From assembly GCA_938084645.1 (NCBI GenBank), contig CALKEP010000002.1, positions 64,001-128,000 on the forward strand: a stretch of 64,000 nt of DNA, given 5' to 3'. Source of the stretch: an uncultured Phycisphaerales bacterium. Lineage in GTDB: Bacteria; Planctomycetota; Phycisphaerae; Phycisphaerales; SM1A02. The stretch's first letter is position 1. Each line of letters starts with the position of its first letter. Below the pieces are notes generated by a model. It had not been told where the DNA came from and did no database searches. It saw nothing but the letters and a program-made list of their open reading frames with translations. Shown piece by piece: positions 20,101 through 29,619 of this stretch. The position numbers were made by a program, and so were the translations under genes.

Positions 20101-21080
20101 ACCGCGACGACCGGGGCGTGGTTCTCGCCTTCGGGGAGTTCGACGTTGCACCGATCGGCGATCCGGACCGTGTTGCGAATGGCCTCCAATTCGTCGGGCT
20201 CGGGGAAGAGCGCCGCCATCTCGGCCGCGTCCTTCACGTAGAGCTGCTCCGGATAGCGAAGTCGATCGGGATCGTCCTTGGTCTTCCCCATGCTGATGCA
20301 GCAGAGGGTGTCGTGGTCGTCGTGATCCTCCGCGCGGAGGAAGTGCGCGTCGTTGTCGACGACGAGCGGGAGATCGAGTTCGCCGGCGAGCTTCTTCAGA
20401 AGCGGGTTGATCCGCTCCTGCTCGGGGACGTGACGTTGGAGTTCGACGTAGAAGCGTGGCTCGCCGTCCGGGCCGGGAGCGAACGTGTCCGCGTGCCATC
20501 GGGCTTCGGCGACCGCGAGATCCCAGTGCCCCTGGTCGTTGGTCCGGACGAAGTTCGTGAGATGGAACGCGAGCGAGGACCCGAGGTGGCCGTTGATCGC
20601 GACCAGTCCCTCGTTCCACTGCTCGAGGGTGCTCTTGTCCATCCGCGGCTTGTAGTAGAAGCCGTTGCGAAAGGCGTCGGAACTCAACTTCACGAGGTTC
20701 CGCCAGCCGCCGAGATCGAGCGAGAGCAGGACGAGGTGGAACCCACCGTCGGCGACACCGGTCCGAGTGCGGTCCCGACGATCGCCGGGCTTGCCCTCCC
20801 GATCCGGAGCGACGTAGGCCTCGATCCCGAGAATCGGTTTGATCCCCGCCGCCCGGGCGGCGGCATGGAACTCGAACGCCGCGTGGAGGTTGCCGTGATC
20901 GGTGACCGCGACCGCGGTCATGCCGAGCGTCTTCACGCGCTCGACGAGCTTCTTGACCCGGTTGCCGCCGTCGAGCAGGGAGTACTCGCTGTGGAGATGG
21001 AGGTGGACGAAACCGTCGGGGGCGATCGACGCCGCGTCGGCGGCGGATTTCGTCTGTTTTCCTGCACGAGACTTGGCCAT
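17157..21080 (-). CDS. dnaE: DNA polymerase III alpha subunit
   Basis: PHP 'HLHLHSEYSLLDG', 'RGSGVG', 'PDIDIDI', 'KMDFLGL', 'YGFNKSHS', OB fold; SD GGAGAG before MAKSRA. Confidence 0.97.
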   Translation of the reverse strand: MAKSRAGKQTKSAADAASIAPDGFVHLHLHSEYSLLDGGNRVKKLVERVKTLGMTAVAVTDHGNLHAAFEFHAAARAAGIKPILGIEAYVAPDREGKPGDRRDRTRTGVADGGFHLVLLSLDLGGWRNLVKLSSDAFRNGFYYKPRMDKSTLEQWNEGLVAINGHLGSSLAFHLTNFVRTNDQGHWDLAVAEARWHADTFAPGPDGEPRFYVELQRHVPEQERINPLLKKLAGELDLPLVVDNDAHFLRAEDHDDHDTLCCISMGKTKDDPDRLRYPEQLYVKDAAEMAALFPEPDELEAIRNTVRIADRCNVELPEGENHAPVVAVVHPGEPPEYDGGDLTEWFKRYCARFELRPFDSQGSDAAEAEALKDGCDRALRDLCEAGLIWRYGVDGVTDEIRARLERELKVLADKLISAYFLIVWDFVNWARQRGIPSNARGSGVGTMVGYVLGLSNACPVHYGLLFERFTDPDRAEYPDIDIDICQNGRADAIEYVREKYGHVAQIVTFGRLKAKAAIKDVARVMGFAPADGQRLANMVPAELNITIDDALQKEPEFREACDSDPRVQRAVDAARALENHARHSGVHAAGVIMATRPLDEIVPLCKATGSDDVVTQWDGPTCERIGLLKMDFLGLRTLSTIERARQLVLESVPEAAIWQAVGREMPAPGTAAARTAIHPLDMERVPLDDQRVLDLFRRGETSGIFQFESGGMRKLLVEMKPDRLEDLIAANALFRPGPMELIPDYNARKHGTQAVPSVHEIVDRYTEETYGIMVYQEQVMQVLHGLGGIPLRTAYTVIKAISKKKMSVIDSARSDFVAGAEKHGVGNKQADELFDLILKFAGYGFNKSHSTGYAIVAYQTAYLKTYFPNQYMAAVLTFESQAKKVEEWSVYLEECMRVPFPDTTPERPHVGVTVRPPDVNVSGEDFKVVFDEGETPGNCAGHVRFGLQAIKGIAKDGIASIVATRGEHGVFESLHDFCERIDHARINQKAVESLVRAGAFDSIHGAEARAAMVVAVPDAFKAGKTLAADRSAGQNMLFGGGDEEAEADDRAPRMPLPEVKPWDQMTRLAEEKETLGFHVSGHPLDGIQDLIEEFCTAGSRDVGSLGNETPVVFAGVINRVRPVVTRNGSKMAMLTMSDKHGTVEGVVFSEAFTKYADQIQVDATVILVGQVETGRGEPQIVVEQVIPLNRVPNLLSTRIEILIDATRDGNDEAATRHRMQFVSGQLKQAAGSVHALSGRPVETVLHLRLDGGRHVVLAAPGVRVVPDDDLVARLREAGADGVKVRGGFIPPRRENRRRRYAKTGSTDD

Positions 21081-21232
21081 CAGCTCTCCATCCGTGGGCG
21101 ACGCGTTCATGGTAGACGCTCCGTGCGGGGTCGACCCGGGGCGTTCGACGATCGAACGGGGATCCACGGGATCGACTGGGATCCCGCCCGAGTGGACGAC
21201 CTCCCCGACGCCCGGCGTCGTACCATGTCCGC

Positions 21233-21562
21233 ATGAGCGAGCAGACCCCGTTCAATCGAACGCCCTTCGTCCGGGTGATCGGCATCGGCCAGCAGATGGG
21301 CGACGGTTTCCGCCGCATCGATCGCGGAGGTCCGTTCAGCCGGCTGCTCGCCGGAATCGCCGCCGTGGTCCTCGCGGTTCCGATCCTGGTGATCGGCGTC
21401 ATCCTGCTGTTCACGCTCTTCGCCTTCGCGATCGCGGCCGCCCTGGTCAGCCTCGTCCTGGGTCGACGACCCGGCATGCGATCCGCGGGGGTCCGGCCCG
21501 CCGGCGGCCCGGAATCGGCCGGCCGCGAGAACGTCCGCGTCATCCCGCGCACACCCGAGTGA
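21233..21562 (+). CDS. Small membrane protein (hypothetical)
   Basis: Long hydrophobic stretch; TACCAT 6 nt before the ATG. Confidence 0.7.
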   Translation: MSEQTPFNRTPFVRVIGIGQQMGDGFRRIDRGGPFSRLLAGIAAVVLAVPILVIGVILLFTLFAFAIAAALVSLVLGRRPGMRSAGVRPAGGPESAGRENVRVIPRTPE

Positions 21563-21592
21563 CGGCACCGCCGGAGACCGACCGGCCATGTC

Positions 21593-22462
21593 CTACTCCG
21601 CGAGCCACCACTCGCGCATCGCCCGGGCCACCGGTCCGGGCTCCCCTTCGCCGATCGTCTCCCGCTCCACCCCCACCACCGGCATCACGCCCCAACTCGA
21701 ATTGGTGAGCAGGATCTCGTCCGCGGCCAGGACCGCGTCGATGTCCATCATCTTCCGGTGGACGGCGCGGCCCTCGCCGGCGGCCCGACCGAGGACCTCC
21801 TCACGCACGACCCCGGGCAGGACCGGCGACGGAAGGCCACCCTCCGGTTCCTCGCCTCGCGCGATGGGCGTCGAGAGTTCGTCATCCTTCACCAGGATCA
21901 CGTTGCTCACGCAGCCACCCGCGAGGTGGTTCGAGACCGTGAACCACAGCGCCTCACTCGCGTTCTTCGCGGCCGCGGCCTGAAGTTCAGAGAGTCGCGA
22001 CCAGTACGAAAGCGTCTTGTGCGACGCGAACGGATCGAGCGGGTTCGCCCGGGCGTCCGCCACCGTCGCCCGGATGCCCTTGTCGAAGAGTTCGTCGGGA
22101 TACGCGGTCGCGGGCTGGACGACGATCATGATCGTCGGCTCGTGCCCGTCGCCACCGCCGTGAAGCAGGTTCAGGTCACCGCCGGTGATGGTCACCCGCA
22201 CCCTCGAAACCTCGAGCGCGGCCGTGTCCACCGTGGACTGGATCGCCTCCGCGAGCGGTCCGGATCGAAGTTGTTCGCTGAGCCGAAGAGCACGCAGCGA
22301 ATTCTCGAGCCGGTCGAGATGCTGGTGGAGATGCAGCACTCGCGACCCGCGGGCGGTCATCGTCTCGAACAACCCGACCCCGTGCTGGAAACCGGCATCG
22401 AACGCGGAGACCCGCGCTTCGTCGACCGTCTCGATGCTTCCGTTCAACCAGACCGTCGTCAT
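21593..22462 (-). CDS. PLP-dependent aminotransferase class IV (IlvE/PabC family)
   Basis: 'FDAGFQHGVGLFETM', 'HLDRL', 'HKTLSY', 'LPGVVR', 'ADEILLTNS'. Confidence 0.9.
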   Translation of the reverse strand: MTTVWLNGSIETVDEARVSAFDAGFQHGVGLFETMTARGSRVLHLHQHLDRLENSLRALRLSEQLRSGPLAEAIQSTVDTAALEVSRVRVTITGGDLNLLHGGGDGHEPTIMIVVQPATAYPDELFDKGIRATVADARANPLDPFASHKTLSYWSRLSELQAAAAKNASEALWFTVSNHLAGGCVSNVILVKDDELSTPIARGEEPEGGLPSPVLPGVVREEVLGRAAGEGRAVHRKMMDIDAVLAADEILLTNSSWGVMPVVGVERETIGEGEPGPVARAMREWWLAE

Positions 22463-22872
22463 TCGATTCGCTCCTTCGCTTCGTCCATCGCCGAAGTGTC
22501 CGCCCGACGGACCGACCGCAGTTCCGCAGGAACACCCTCGAGATCGAGCTCGACCCGACCACCGGCCGCGCCGGTGACGACCACCGTCGCGAGGTGTCCG
22601 GCGTGATCCGAGACCACCACGACCGACTGGATCTCCCGTGGCGGCAGGAGGGCCGCGATCGCGGTTCGCGCCGTGCCCTCGATGCTGAAGCCCGCGGATG
22701 GTGGTTCGTCCGACGTTCGGATCAATTCGGCGACGAGGTTCCGGGCCCCCGCTTCGACCTCCTGCGGCCGCTTCGCGAAGTACCCCACCAGTCCACCGGC
22801 CGCGAGGGCGATCGCGGGATAGAGGAGCCGGCGACCCCAGCCTGAACGACCTTGTCGGGAATTCCCAAGCAT
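22459..22872 (-). CDS. Hypothetical protein with N-terminal membrane anchor
   Basis: TM segment 'LLYPAIALAAGGLVGYF'; stop overlaps the next start (ATGA); TACACT upstream. Confidence 0.6.
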   Translation of the reverse strand: MLGNSRQGRSGWGRRLLYPAIALAAGGLVGYFAKRPQEVEAGARNLVAELIRTSDEPPSAGFSIEGTARTAIAALLPPREIQSVVVVSDHAGHLATVVVTGAAGGRVELDLEGVPAELRSVRRADTSAMDEAKERIE

Positions 22873-22923
22873 GAGGTGGGAAGTGTAGACGACGCTCGAT
22901 TCTGCGATGATGCCCCGGTCCTC

Positions 22924-23598
22924 ATGCTCATGCCCGCCTCGCCAAGATCGCTCGCCGCCCGGATGCGTCGCGAAGGACGCAGACCGGCGGTTCCCTGCCC
23001 TTCGTGCGGGCACGACCTTCGATCCGGAAGCAGGCTCGCGATCGCCGATCCGCCTCGGATCGCCCGACGATGCGCCGGCTGCGGCAACGCGGTCTGGAGT
23101 TCGTTCTCACGGGTGATCTGGCAACCGCGTCGCTTCATCCGCTTCTCGACCAGCGTGATCACCATGCTGATCGCGATTTCGATCCTGATCCTGATCGGGG
23201 TGGTCGTGTCGGCGGTGGACCCGCCGCCGGAATCCGTATCCGTGTTCGTGGTGCTGGCTTCCTATGCGATCTTCGGCGGATTCGCCGGTCTCCTTCTCCG
23301 CATCTTCATACCCACCGCGGGTCGCATCGCCCTCGCGGTGCTCACCGTCGCTTCGATCGCCGGTGCGATCCTCTTCGAGGGCTGGTTCCTGCTCGTGATC
23401 ACCAACGAAGACTTCCGGTACATCCGTGCGCCGGAGATTCCGCGCGGCTGGTTGATCGTCGAGACGATCTGGAACGTCACACTGGTCCCGCTCCTTCCCA
23501 CCGTCACCGGCCTGATCTTCGGGGTCCTGCTCCACGACTCGATCGGATTCGGCATTCGCGCGAGAATAAGGCGGCGAACGTCACTGGAGGCGACGTGA
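22924..23598 (+). CDS. Zinc-ribbon plus multi-TM hypothetical protein (start uncertain)
   Basis: CPSCG...CAGCG followed by about 4 TM segments. Confidence 0.65.
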   Translation: MLMPASPRSLAARMRREGRRPAVPCPSCGHDLRSGSRLAIADPPRIARRCAGCGNAVWSSFSRVIWQPRRFIRFSTSVITMLIAISILILIGVVVSAVDPPPESVSVFVVLASYAIFGGFAGLLLRIFIPTAGRIALAVLTVASIAGAILFEGWFLLVITNEDFRYIRAPEIPRGWLIVETIWNVTLVPLLPTVTGLIFGVLLHDSIGFGIRARIRRRTSLEAT

Positions 23599-24461
23599 AT
23601 CAACCTGCTCCCGGTTCCGGCGACAACGGTCCCACCACCGACGAGAACCCGCCGATGACATCGACACCGCGCCTCATCGGCACCCGAACCTGCCTCGGCT
23701 GCGGCCAGGAGCTGGCCGGGCAGCCGATCAATCGGACCGCCGTCGAGGACCTCCCCTTCGTGCGGTGTTCCGAATGCGGCCGAGCCACGCCGGTCCTCGA
23801 GTATCCGGTGATGAGCCGATGGAGCGGCACGCTCGGCGCAGGCCTGCTGTGCCTGCAGGTCCTGGTGTCCGTGACGATCCTGTTCCTCACCGGTCTGTTC
23901 GGCTTCGCCATCGCCGACGAGATCTGCACCGACGCGCGTCGTGACTTCGGCAACCGGGTCTCCGCGGCGTGGGATGCGAGCTCGCCCCTCGGTGAGAATT
24001 CGACCTGGGAGGTCTCCCGGGTCTGGTGGGAGGAGGTCGCGGATCGCACCACCGAAGCGATCCTCGCCGAACCCGACGCCGGGCTCGCACGCGTCTCTCG
24101 GATCGAGGTGGCCGGACTGCTGGTGATGGGCATCCCGATGGGCGTGCTGTGGTCCGGGCTCTTCGCCGGGATCCGCCGTTCCCGACTGTGGATCCCACCG
24201 CTGCTCCTGTGGTGCATCGCGATGCCGTGGGCGTGGCTCTTCGGGCTTCCGCCGTCCGGAGCGAACATCTCGACCTACGTCATCGCTCGAGGGCTCGTGA
24301 ACATCCACGTGCTGTCGATCGTGCTTCTCGCACTGGTGATCGGCCTCGAGATCGGCATCCTCTTCGGCCGACCGATCATCCGGTGGCTCGCTCGGACCCT
24401 GCTGCCCCCCGATCGAGTGCGGTCGCTCGACTTCGCCTGGCGGGTCGACGGCCGACGCTGA
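23595..24461 (+). CDS. Zinc-ribbon plus multi-TM hypothetical protein
   Basis: CLGCG...CSECG followed by about 4 TM segments; GTGA overlap with the previous gene. Confidence 0.7.
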   Translation: MNQPAPGSGDNGPTTDENPPMTSTPRLIGTRTCLGCGQELAGQPINRTAVEDLPFVRCSECGRATPVLEYPVMSRWSGTLGAGLLCLQVLVSVTILFLTGLFGFAIADEICTDARRDFGNRVSAAWDASSPLGENSTWEVSRVWWEEVADRTTEAILAEPDAGLARVSRIEVAGLLVMGIPMGVLWSGLFAGIRRSRLWIPPLLLWCIAMPWAWLFGLPPSGANISTYVIARGLVNIHVLSIVLLALVIGLEIGILFGRPIIRWLARTLLPPDRVRSLDFAWRVDGRR

Positions 24462-24512
24462 AGCCTCCGCGTGTCGTCGTGGGCGAGCCCGGTCGGTACA
24501 CTCCCCGACCCC

Positions 24513-26492
24513 ATGCCACTTCTCACGCTCGCCGGCATCCGCCACGAATTCTCGACCCGCACCGTCCTGGACGGTGCGACGCTGTCGGTCGAACCCGGCG
24601 AGAAGATCGGTCTGGTCGGCCGCAACGGGGCGGGCAAGAGCACCCTGCTCAAGGTGATCACCGGCGAGCTGACCCCGGACCATGGGGACATGCAGCTCGC
24701 CCGAGGGGTCCGGGTCGGGCATCTTTCGCAGCACCCGGAGTTCGTTCCGGGTGACACGCTGCGACAGGCCGCGGGCCGAGCCTTCGAACGCCTCGAGACC
24801 GCGCAGAAGGAACTCGAACAGGTCTACGAGGCGATGGCGACCGCCGAGCCCGACGAACTCGAACGCCTCATGTCCCGGCAGTCCGAACTGGACACCCAGC
24901 TCGAGGCGCTCGGCGGCTATGCCGTCGATCATCGCGTCGACGCCACCCTGCACGGGCTGGGATTGACCGACGACCGGTTCGACCAGCCGGTCGACACCCT
25001 CTCGGGAGGCCAGAAGGCCCGCCTCGGACTCGCCCGCCTGCTCCTCGAGTCGCCGGACCTGCTGCTCCTCGACGAACCCACGAACCACCTCGACATCAAC
25101 GGCCGCCAGTGGCTCGAGAACTTCCTCGCCGAGGAGTTCAACGGCGCGGTGATCCTGGTGAGTCATGACCGTTGGCTGCTGGACCGGGTCGTCAACCGGA
25201 TCGTCGAGGTCGAACTCGGCCAGGTCCGCGAGTACCCGGGGAACTACCACGCCTTCATCGAACAGCGCCGCGAACGAAAACTCGTCGAAGGCCGGATCCA
25301 CGCGAAGCAACTCGACAAGATCCGCGCCGAAGAGGCGTACATCCGCAAGTACAAGGGCGGGCAGCGGGCCAAGCAGGCGCGTGGCCGCGAAGCCCGTCTC
25401 GATCGGTTCAAGCAGGAGGAACTCTCCGAGAAGCCGATCGAACTGGACGTGATGTCGCTGAACCTGCCCAAGCCGCCACGGGCGGGCGACGTGCTCATCG
25501 CGGTCGAGCACCTCTCCAAGGCCTACGACGATCACCAGCTCTTCGACGATCTCTCGCTCAGCCTCCGCCCCGGTGATCGGATCGGCGTCATCGGTCCGAA
25601 CGGTGCGGGCAAGACGACCCTGATCCGAAGCATGCTCGGTGACATCGAAGCCGACGCCGGCACGATTCGTCGAAGTCCACGTCTCTCGGTCGGTTGGTTT
25701 CGGCAGAACCAGGACCACATCGACCCCGATCGGGAGGTCTGGCAGTACCTCCAGAAGACCATGGGTGACGCGGATCCGAACGGCCAGGTCCGCGAACAGG
25801 AGGCTCGCAACCTCGCCGGCGCCTTCCTCTTCACCGGTCGCGAGATGGAAAAACAGATCAAGCTGCTCTCGGGAGGGGAACGGGCCCGGATGGTGCTCGC
25901 GGGCCTCGTCGCCTGCCCGCTCAATCTTCTGGTGCTCGACGAACCGAGCAACCACCTCGACATCCCCAGTGCCGAACGACTCGAGCAGGCGTTGCTCGAC
26001 TATGGCGACGCGAAGAAGGGACGCGGCGGCGCGATCTTCCTCATCAGCCATGATCGCGCCCTGATCGAAGCCACCTGCACCGTGCTCCTGGTGTTCGACG
26101 GTGACGGCTCCGTCCGAATCTTCAACGGCCGCTATTCGCAGTGGCTGGAGATCGAGAATCAACGCCGAGCGGAGGCGGAGGAGGCGAGACTCGCAGCTTC
26201 GTCGACGAAGGCGGCGCGAAACCGGAACAGCTCCGGCGACCGCCCCTCGGCGACGAAGCGAGACACGCCGAAGAAGAACACCACCTCGAAACTCGCGAAG
26301 CTCTCGACCAAGGACCTCGAGTCGAGGATCGAGCGCTGCGAGTCGCGGATCCGCGAGATCGACGAGTCGATGATGGATCCCGACGTGTACACCGACGGGA
26401 AGAAGACCAGGCGACTTCAGACCGAACGCGCCGAAGTCGCGGCCAAGCTCGAACCCCTCGAGTTCGAATGGTCGTCGCGGGCCGACGGCTGA
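24513..26492 (+). CDS. ABC-F family ATPase (Uup/YheS-like) with C-terminal coiled coil
   Basis: Two NBDs ('GRNGAGKST', 'LSGGQ', 'DEPTNHLD'; 'GPNGAGKTT', 'LSGGE', 'DEPSNHLD'); no TM segments. Confidence 0.93.
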   Translation: MPLLTLAGIRHEFSTRTVLDGATLSVEPGEKIGLVGRNGAGKSTLLKVITGELTPDHGDMQLARGVRVGHLSQHPEFVPGDTLRQAAGRAFERLETAQKELEQVYEAMATAEPDELERLMSRQSELDTQLEALGGYAVDHRVDATLHGLGLTDDRFDQPVDTLSGGQKARLGLARLLLESPDLLLLDEPTNHLDINGRQWLENFLAEEFNGAVILVSHDRWLLDRVVNRIVEVELGQVREYPGNYHAFIEQRRERKLVEGRIHAKQLDKIRAEEAYIRKYKGGQRAKQARGREARLDRFKQEELSEKPIELDVMSLNLPKPPRAGDVLIAVEHLSKAYDDHQLFDDLSLSLRPGDRIGVIGPNGAGKTTLIRSMLGDIEADAGTIRRSPRLSVGWFRQNQDHIDPDREVWQYLQKTMGDADPNGQVREQEARNLAGAFLFTGREMEKQIKLLSGGERARMVLAGLVACPLNLLVLDEPSNHLDIPSAERLEQALLDYGDAKKGRGGAIFLISHDRALIEATCTVLLVFDGDGSVRIFNGRYSQWLEIENQRRAEAEEARLAASSTKAARNRNSSGDRPSATKRDTPKKNTTSKLAKLSTKDLESRIERCESRIREIDESMMDPDVYTDGKKTRRLQTERAEVAAKLEPLEFEWSSRADG

Positions 26493-26634
26493 CCCGCCCC
26501 ATCCGGACCCGCGACGAGTCGTCGATCCCGAAACGAACACGTGCCCGTCGAAGATGACGGGCACGAGGTGCGGTTTCCAATTGAATCGACCACGGGACGG
26601 AACGGGCCGGCGGGTCGCCTTCCACCGGGCGCGG

Positions 26635-27531
26635 TCAGGCCAGGCTGCTCTTCAGCAGGACCTTGCCGGTGCCGGCCTCGCGAATCTCGAAGGCGAGGCC
26701 CTGGAGGGCGCGTCCGTCGAGATCGATCGGGGAGGCGGAAAATCGACCGACCACACCCTCGAAGAGCACGACCACCGATGCGGACGAATCCGGTTCGAAC
26801 GCGACGAGTTCGACCTCCGTCGACGCAGGCATGTCGAACAGCATCATCATGCCGTGACCGGGCAGCTCGCCGGCCTCCTCGATCACGAGAATGCCGGCGC
26901 CGGCGGATCCCGCCATCGCGACCGACCGTGCCGTCGAGGAGTCGAAGAGGAGACGGGCTTCGTTCTCGGGAAATCCGATGCCGTCGAGCCGGCCCTGGAG
27001 TTCCTTCAGCGAGATGTTGTTGTCCGCGAGGTCGAGCAGCCGGCTGCTGAGACTCGCGGTCTGCTGCTGGATCACGATCAGTGCGATGAGGCTCGAGCCG
27101 AGCACGAACGTCGCCGCCCGCCAGATCATGGAACTTCGACGCATCCGTCGAACGTCCATCTCGGATTCCACGTCCGTCTCCGCCATGGTCGAGGTCGAGC
27201 GGTGCGCCATCCGAGCATCGCTGCCGAGCGCTCGAACACGTTCGCCGATCGACGCGATCGGACCACACTCGGACGCATCCTTTTCGATTTCAGAGGTGAG
27301 TCGAGCCAGCACCTTGTACCGCAGGGCACGATCCGGCTCCTCGTCACCCGCCGCGGCGATCTCCACCGCCACCGCCGACTGGAGGTCGAGAAGCTCGGCC
27401 TGCTGATCGGGTGACAACCCCGCGAAGGCACGCTCGAACCTGGCCTCGTCGACTTCTTCGAGAAGTCCGAGGGTTTCGAGGATCGCGAGATCTCGTAGTT
27501 CGTCCACCGCCAATGGCTCCGTCAACAACAT
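26635..27531 (-). CDS. Probable membrane-bound anti-sigma factor (RskA-like topology); start uncertain (about 27507-27573)
   Basis: N-terminal 'ELRDLAILETLGLLEE...FE...PDRALRYKVL', one TM segment, extracytoplasmic domain; lies downstream of an ECF sigma gene. Confidence 0.65.
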   Translation of the reverse strand: MLLTEPLAVDELRDLAILETLGLLEEVDEARFERAFAGLSPDQQAELLDLQSAVAVEIAAAGDEEPDRALRYKVLARLTSEIEKDASECGPIASIGERVRALGSDARMAHRSTSTMAETDVESEMDVRRMRRSSMIWRAATFVLGSSLIALIVIQQQTASLSSRLLDLADNNISLKELQGRLDGIGFPENEARLLFDSSTARSVAMAGSAGAGILVIEEAGELPGHGMMMLFDMPASTEVELVAFEPDSSASVVVLFEGVVGRFSASPIDLDGRALQGLAFEIREAGTGKVLLKSSLA

Positions 27532-27976
27532 CTTGAAAACCACGCTCCATGCATTCCGTTCGGGCTCCTTCACGACGAAATCGAGTCGTCGTCCATCGAA
27601 GCCAGCCGACCGGATATTAACGACTGCGAGGCGGACCTCGCACGAAAACTCCGCTCAAAGAACTTCTCGAGGTCGTTCGAGCCGCCGTTCACCGGCGATC
27701 TCAACGACCTTGTTCCATCCATCGACTCAGATACTTCCGAGACGATTTCGTTCCAGACTCTCGAGATATCCCTCGTTCAGAGGGACGGCCCCGCCTCTGG
27801 AAGCCCTGCGGTGTCACCGAAGACGCCCCAGTCGCTGAATCAACCCGACGCACATCCAGGCACTCGAAAGAACCGAAGCGGACGCGATTTCCCCATCCGC
27901 ATCCAACCACCGATCGGCTGCATCATTCGAGAAAAAAAGCGTTCTCGATGTTTCTCGGACCACGTACCACCACGAC

Positions 27977-28552
27977 TCATCGGTCCGCCGCCCGCTGCTC
28001 GTCCGCAAGTCGATCCCGTAGTCTCGCCAGACCTCGACTCAGGGCCGATTTGACCGTTCCGAGCGGCGATTCCAACTGTTCGGCGACCTCCCGGAGCGTG
28101 AAGCCCTGCAGGTAAGCCCGCGTGATCACCTCCTGCTGGAGGGCCGGGAGTTCCGCGACGCGAGCGAGAAGCCGCTGACGATGCTCGTCCCGCTCGATCG
28201 CGCCCTCCTGCTTCGACGGTGGCGTCGCCCGCCCCTCCGGATCACCTTCCAGACTCAGATTGGTGGGCCGTACCTGCTTGCGACGAAGCCGGTCGATGAG
28301 ATGCCGGCGGGTGATGAGCATCACCCAGGTCACGAGCTTGGCTCGAGCGGGGTCGTAGCGTTCCGCGGTCTTCCACAGGCGGACGAAGACCTCCTGCACC
28401 GCGTCTTCGGCCTCCGCCGACGTGGAAAGCACTTGCCGAGAGGACTTGAAGACCAGTCCGCCGAAACGATCATAAAGCCGGTTTGCAGCCACCTCATCGC
28501 CATCGGCGACCGCCTGCATCAGGACCCAGTCTTCATGATTCGGGGAATTCAT
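27977..28552 (-). CDS. ECF RNA polymerase sigma factor
   Basis: Region 2 'AEDAVQEVFVRLWK...TWVMLITRR' and region 4 'GFTLREVAEQL...GTVKSALSRGL'. Confidence 0.93.
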   Translation of the reverse strand: MNSPNHEDWVLMQAVADGDEVAANRLYDRFGGLVFKSSRQVLSTSAEAEDAVQEVFVRLWKTAERYDPARAKLVTWVMLITRRHLIDRLRRKQVRPTNLSLEGDPEGRATPPSKQEGAIERDEHRQRLLARVAELPALQQEVITRAYLQGFTLREVAEQLESPLGTVKSALSRGLARLRDRLADEQRAADR

Positions 28553-28775
28553 GCGTCCAGCCCGCGGAGCGACACACAGCTCTGAAATTCGGAAAGAAGG
28601 ACCACCAACCAAGGTTATCCGAGGAACGGGGAGTTTCGGATCCCCCAAAACACTGGATTTCGCTCCAATGCCTCGTTTCGGGCGGTATCCTTTGCCTGAC
28701 GGTGCGAAGGCCATCCGGGTCAGCCGTCAACGTTCCACCGTGATCGTGATGATGATGATATCGGCAGGAGGTCGC

Positions 28776-29576
28776 TTGACTGACCGTCGCCCAGATCTGA
28801 GACCCACCTTCCTCCGGGAACGCTCCCGACGAGGCTGTGGCTCTCGTCCGGGCTTCAGCGTCATCGAGCTCGTCGTGGTACTCGCGGTGATCGTGGTTCT
28901 GACCTCACTCCTGCTCCCCGGTCTCGAAGTCGCTCGAAAGGGTGCCCGACGCCTCGCCTGTTCCGCCAATCAGAGACAGATCGGGGTGTCCTTCCTCATC
29001 TTCGGTCGCGACAACAACGATCGCCTGCCCGAGTCGCGTTTTCAAATGGCGCACCGACCGGCCAACATGATGGCCCTGAACTCGGGCGATCTCAATGACG
29101 ATGTGGGCATCGCCGACTTCGATGGGATCGGCCTGCTGTGGAAGGATCGCTACATCGATTCCCCCGCATCGTGCTTCTGCCCCGCACACCGGGGCGAACA
29201 CACGTTCGAGCGAGCGAAAGGCCTGGTCGGCGAGACCCAGGGGACCGGTTCGGAAGTCGCATTCTGCAACTACCACTACACCGGTCATCTGAAGCAATCG
29301 CGAGGCGAGGACTTGATGGGCCCGAGCCGGCGGCGGATGTCGGATCCCAACGTGATCCTGCTCACCGACGGATTGCGGAGCCGTTCGGACTTCAACCACG
29401 AGTCCGGATTCAACGTGCTTCGAGGCGATGGCTCCACCGCCTACCAGGCGGATACCGGATCCAAGTTCCTGAATTCGATTCCGACGGATGTGAACTTCGA
29501 CGGCGAGATGGCCTCCGAAGAATCCGCCGGCCTGTGGATTCTCGACATCTGGAACGAACTCAAGGTCGACGGTTGA
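28776..29576 (+). CDS. Prepilin-type N-terminal cleavage/methylation protein (planctomycete DUF1559-like)
   Basis: 'GFSVIELVVVLAVIVVLTSLLLPGL..AR...CSANQRQIG', 'FNH...NVLRGDGS'; AGGAGG before a TTG start. Confidence 0.85.
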   Translation: MTDRRPDLRPTFLRERSRRGCGSRPGFSVIELVVVLAVIVVLTSLLLPGLEVARKGARRLACSANQRQIGVSFLIFGRDNNDRLPESRFQMAHRPANMMALNSGDLNDDVGIADFDGIGLLWKDRYIDSPASCFCPAHRGEHTFERAKGLVGETQGTGSEVAFCNYHYTGHLKQSRGEDLMGPSRRRMSDPNVILLTDGLRSRSDFNHESGFNVLRGDGSTAYQADTGSKFLNSIPTDVNFDGEMASEESAGLWILDIWNELKVDG

Positions 29577-29619
29577 TCAGACGCGCGACGGCGCGTGCGT
29601 TCGAACCGACAGATCCGAG

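Noticed and set aside
17157..21080. Intein in DnaE
   Set aside because: Length is explained by short insertions; no splice-junction or LAGLIDADG motifs seen
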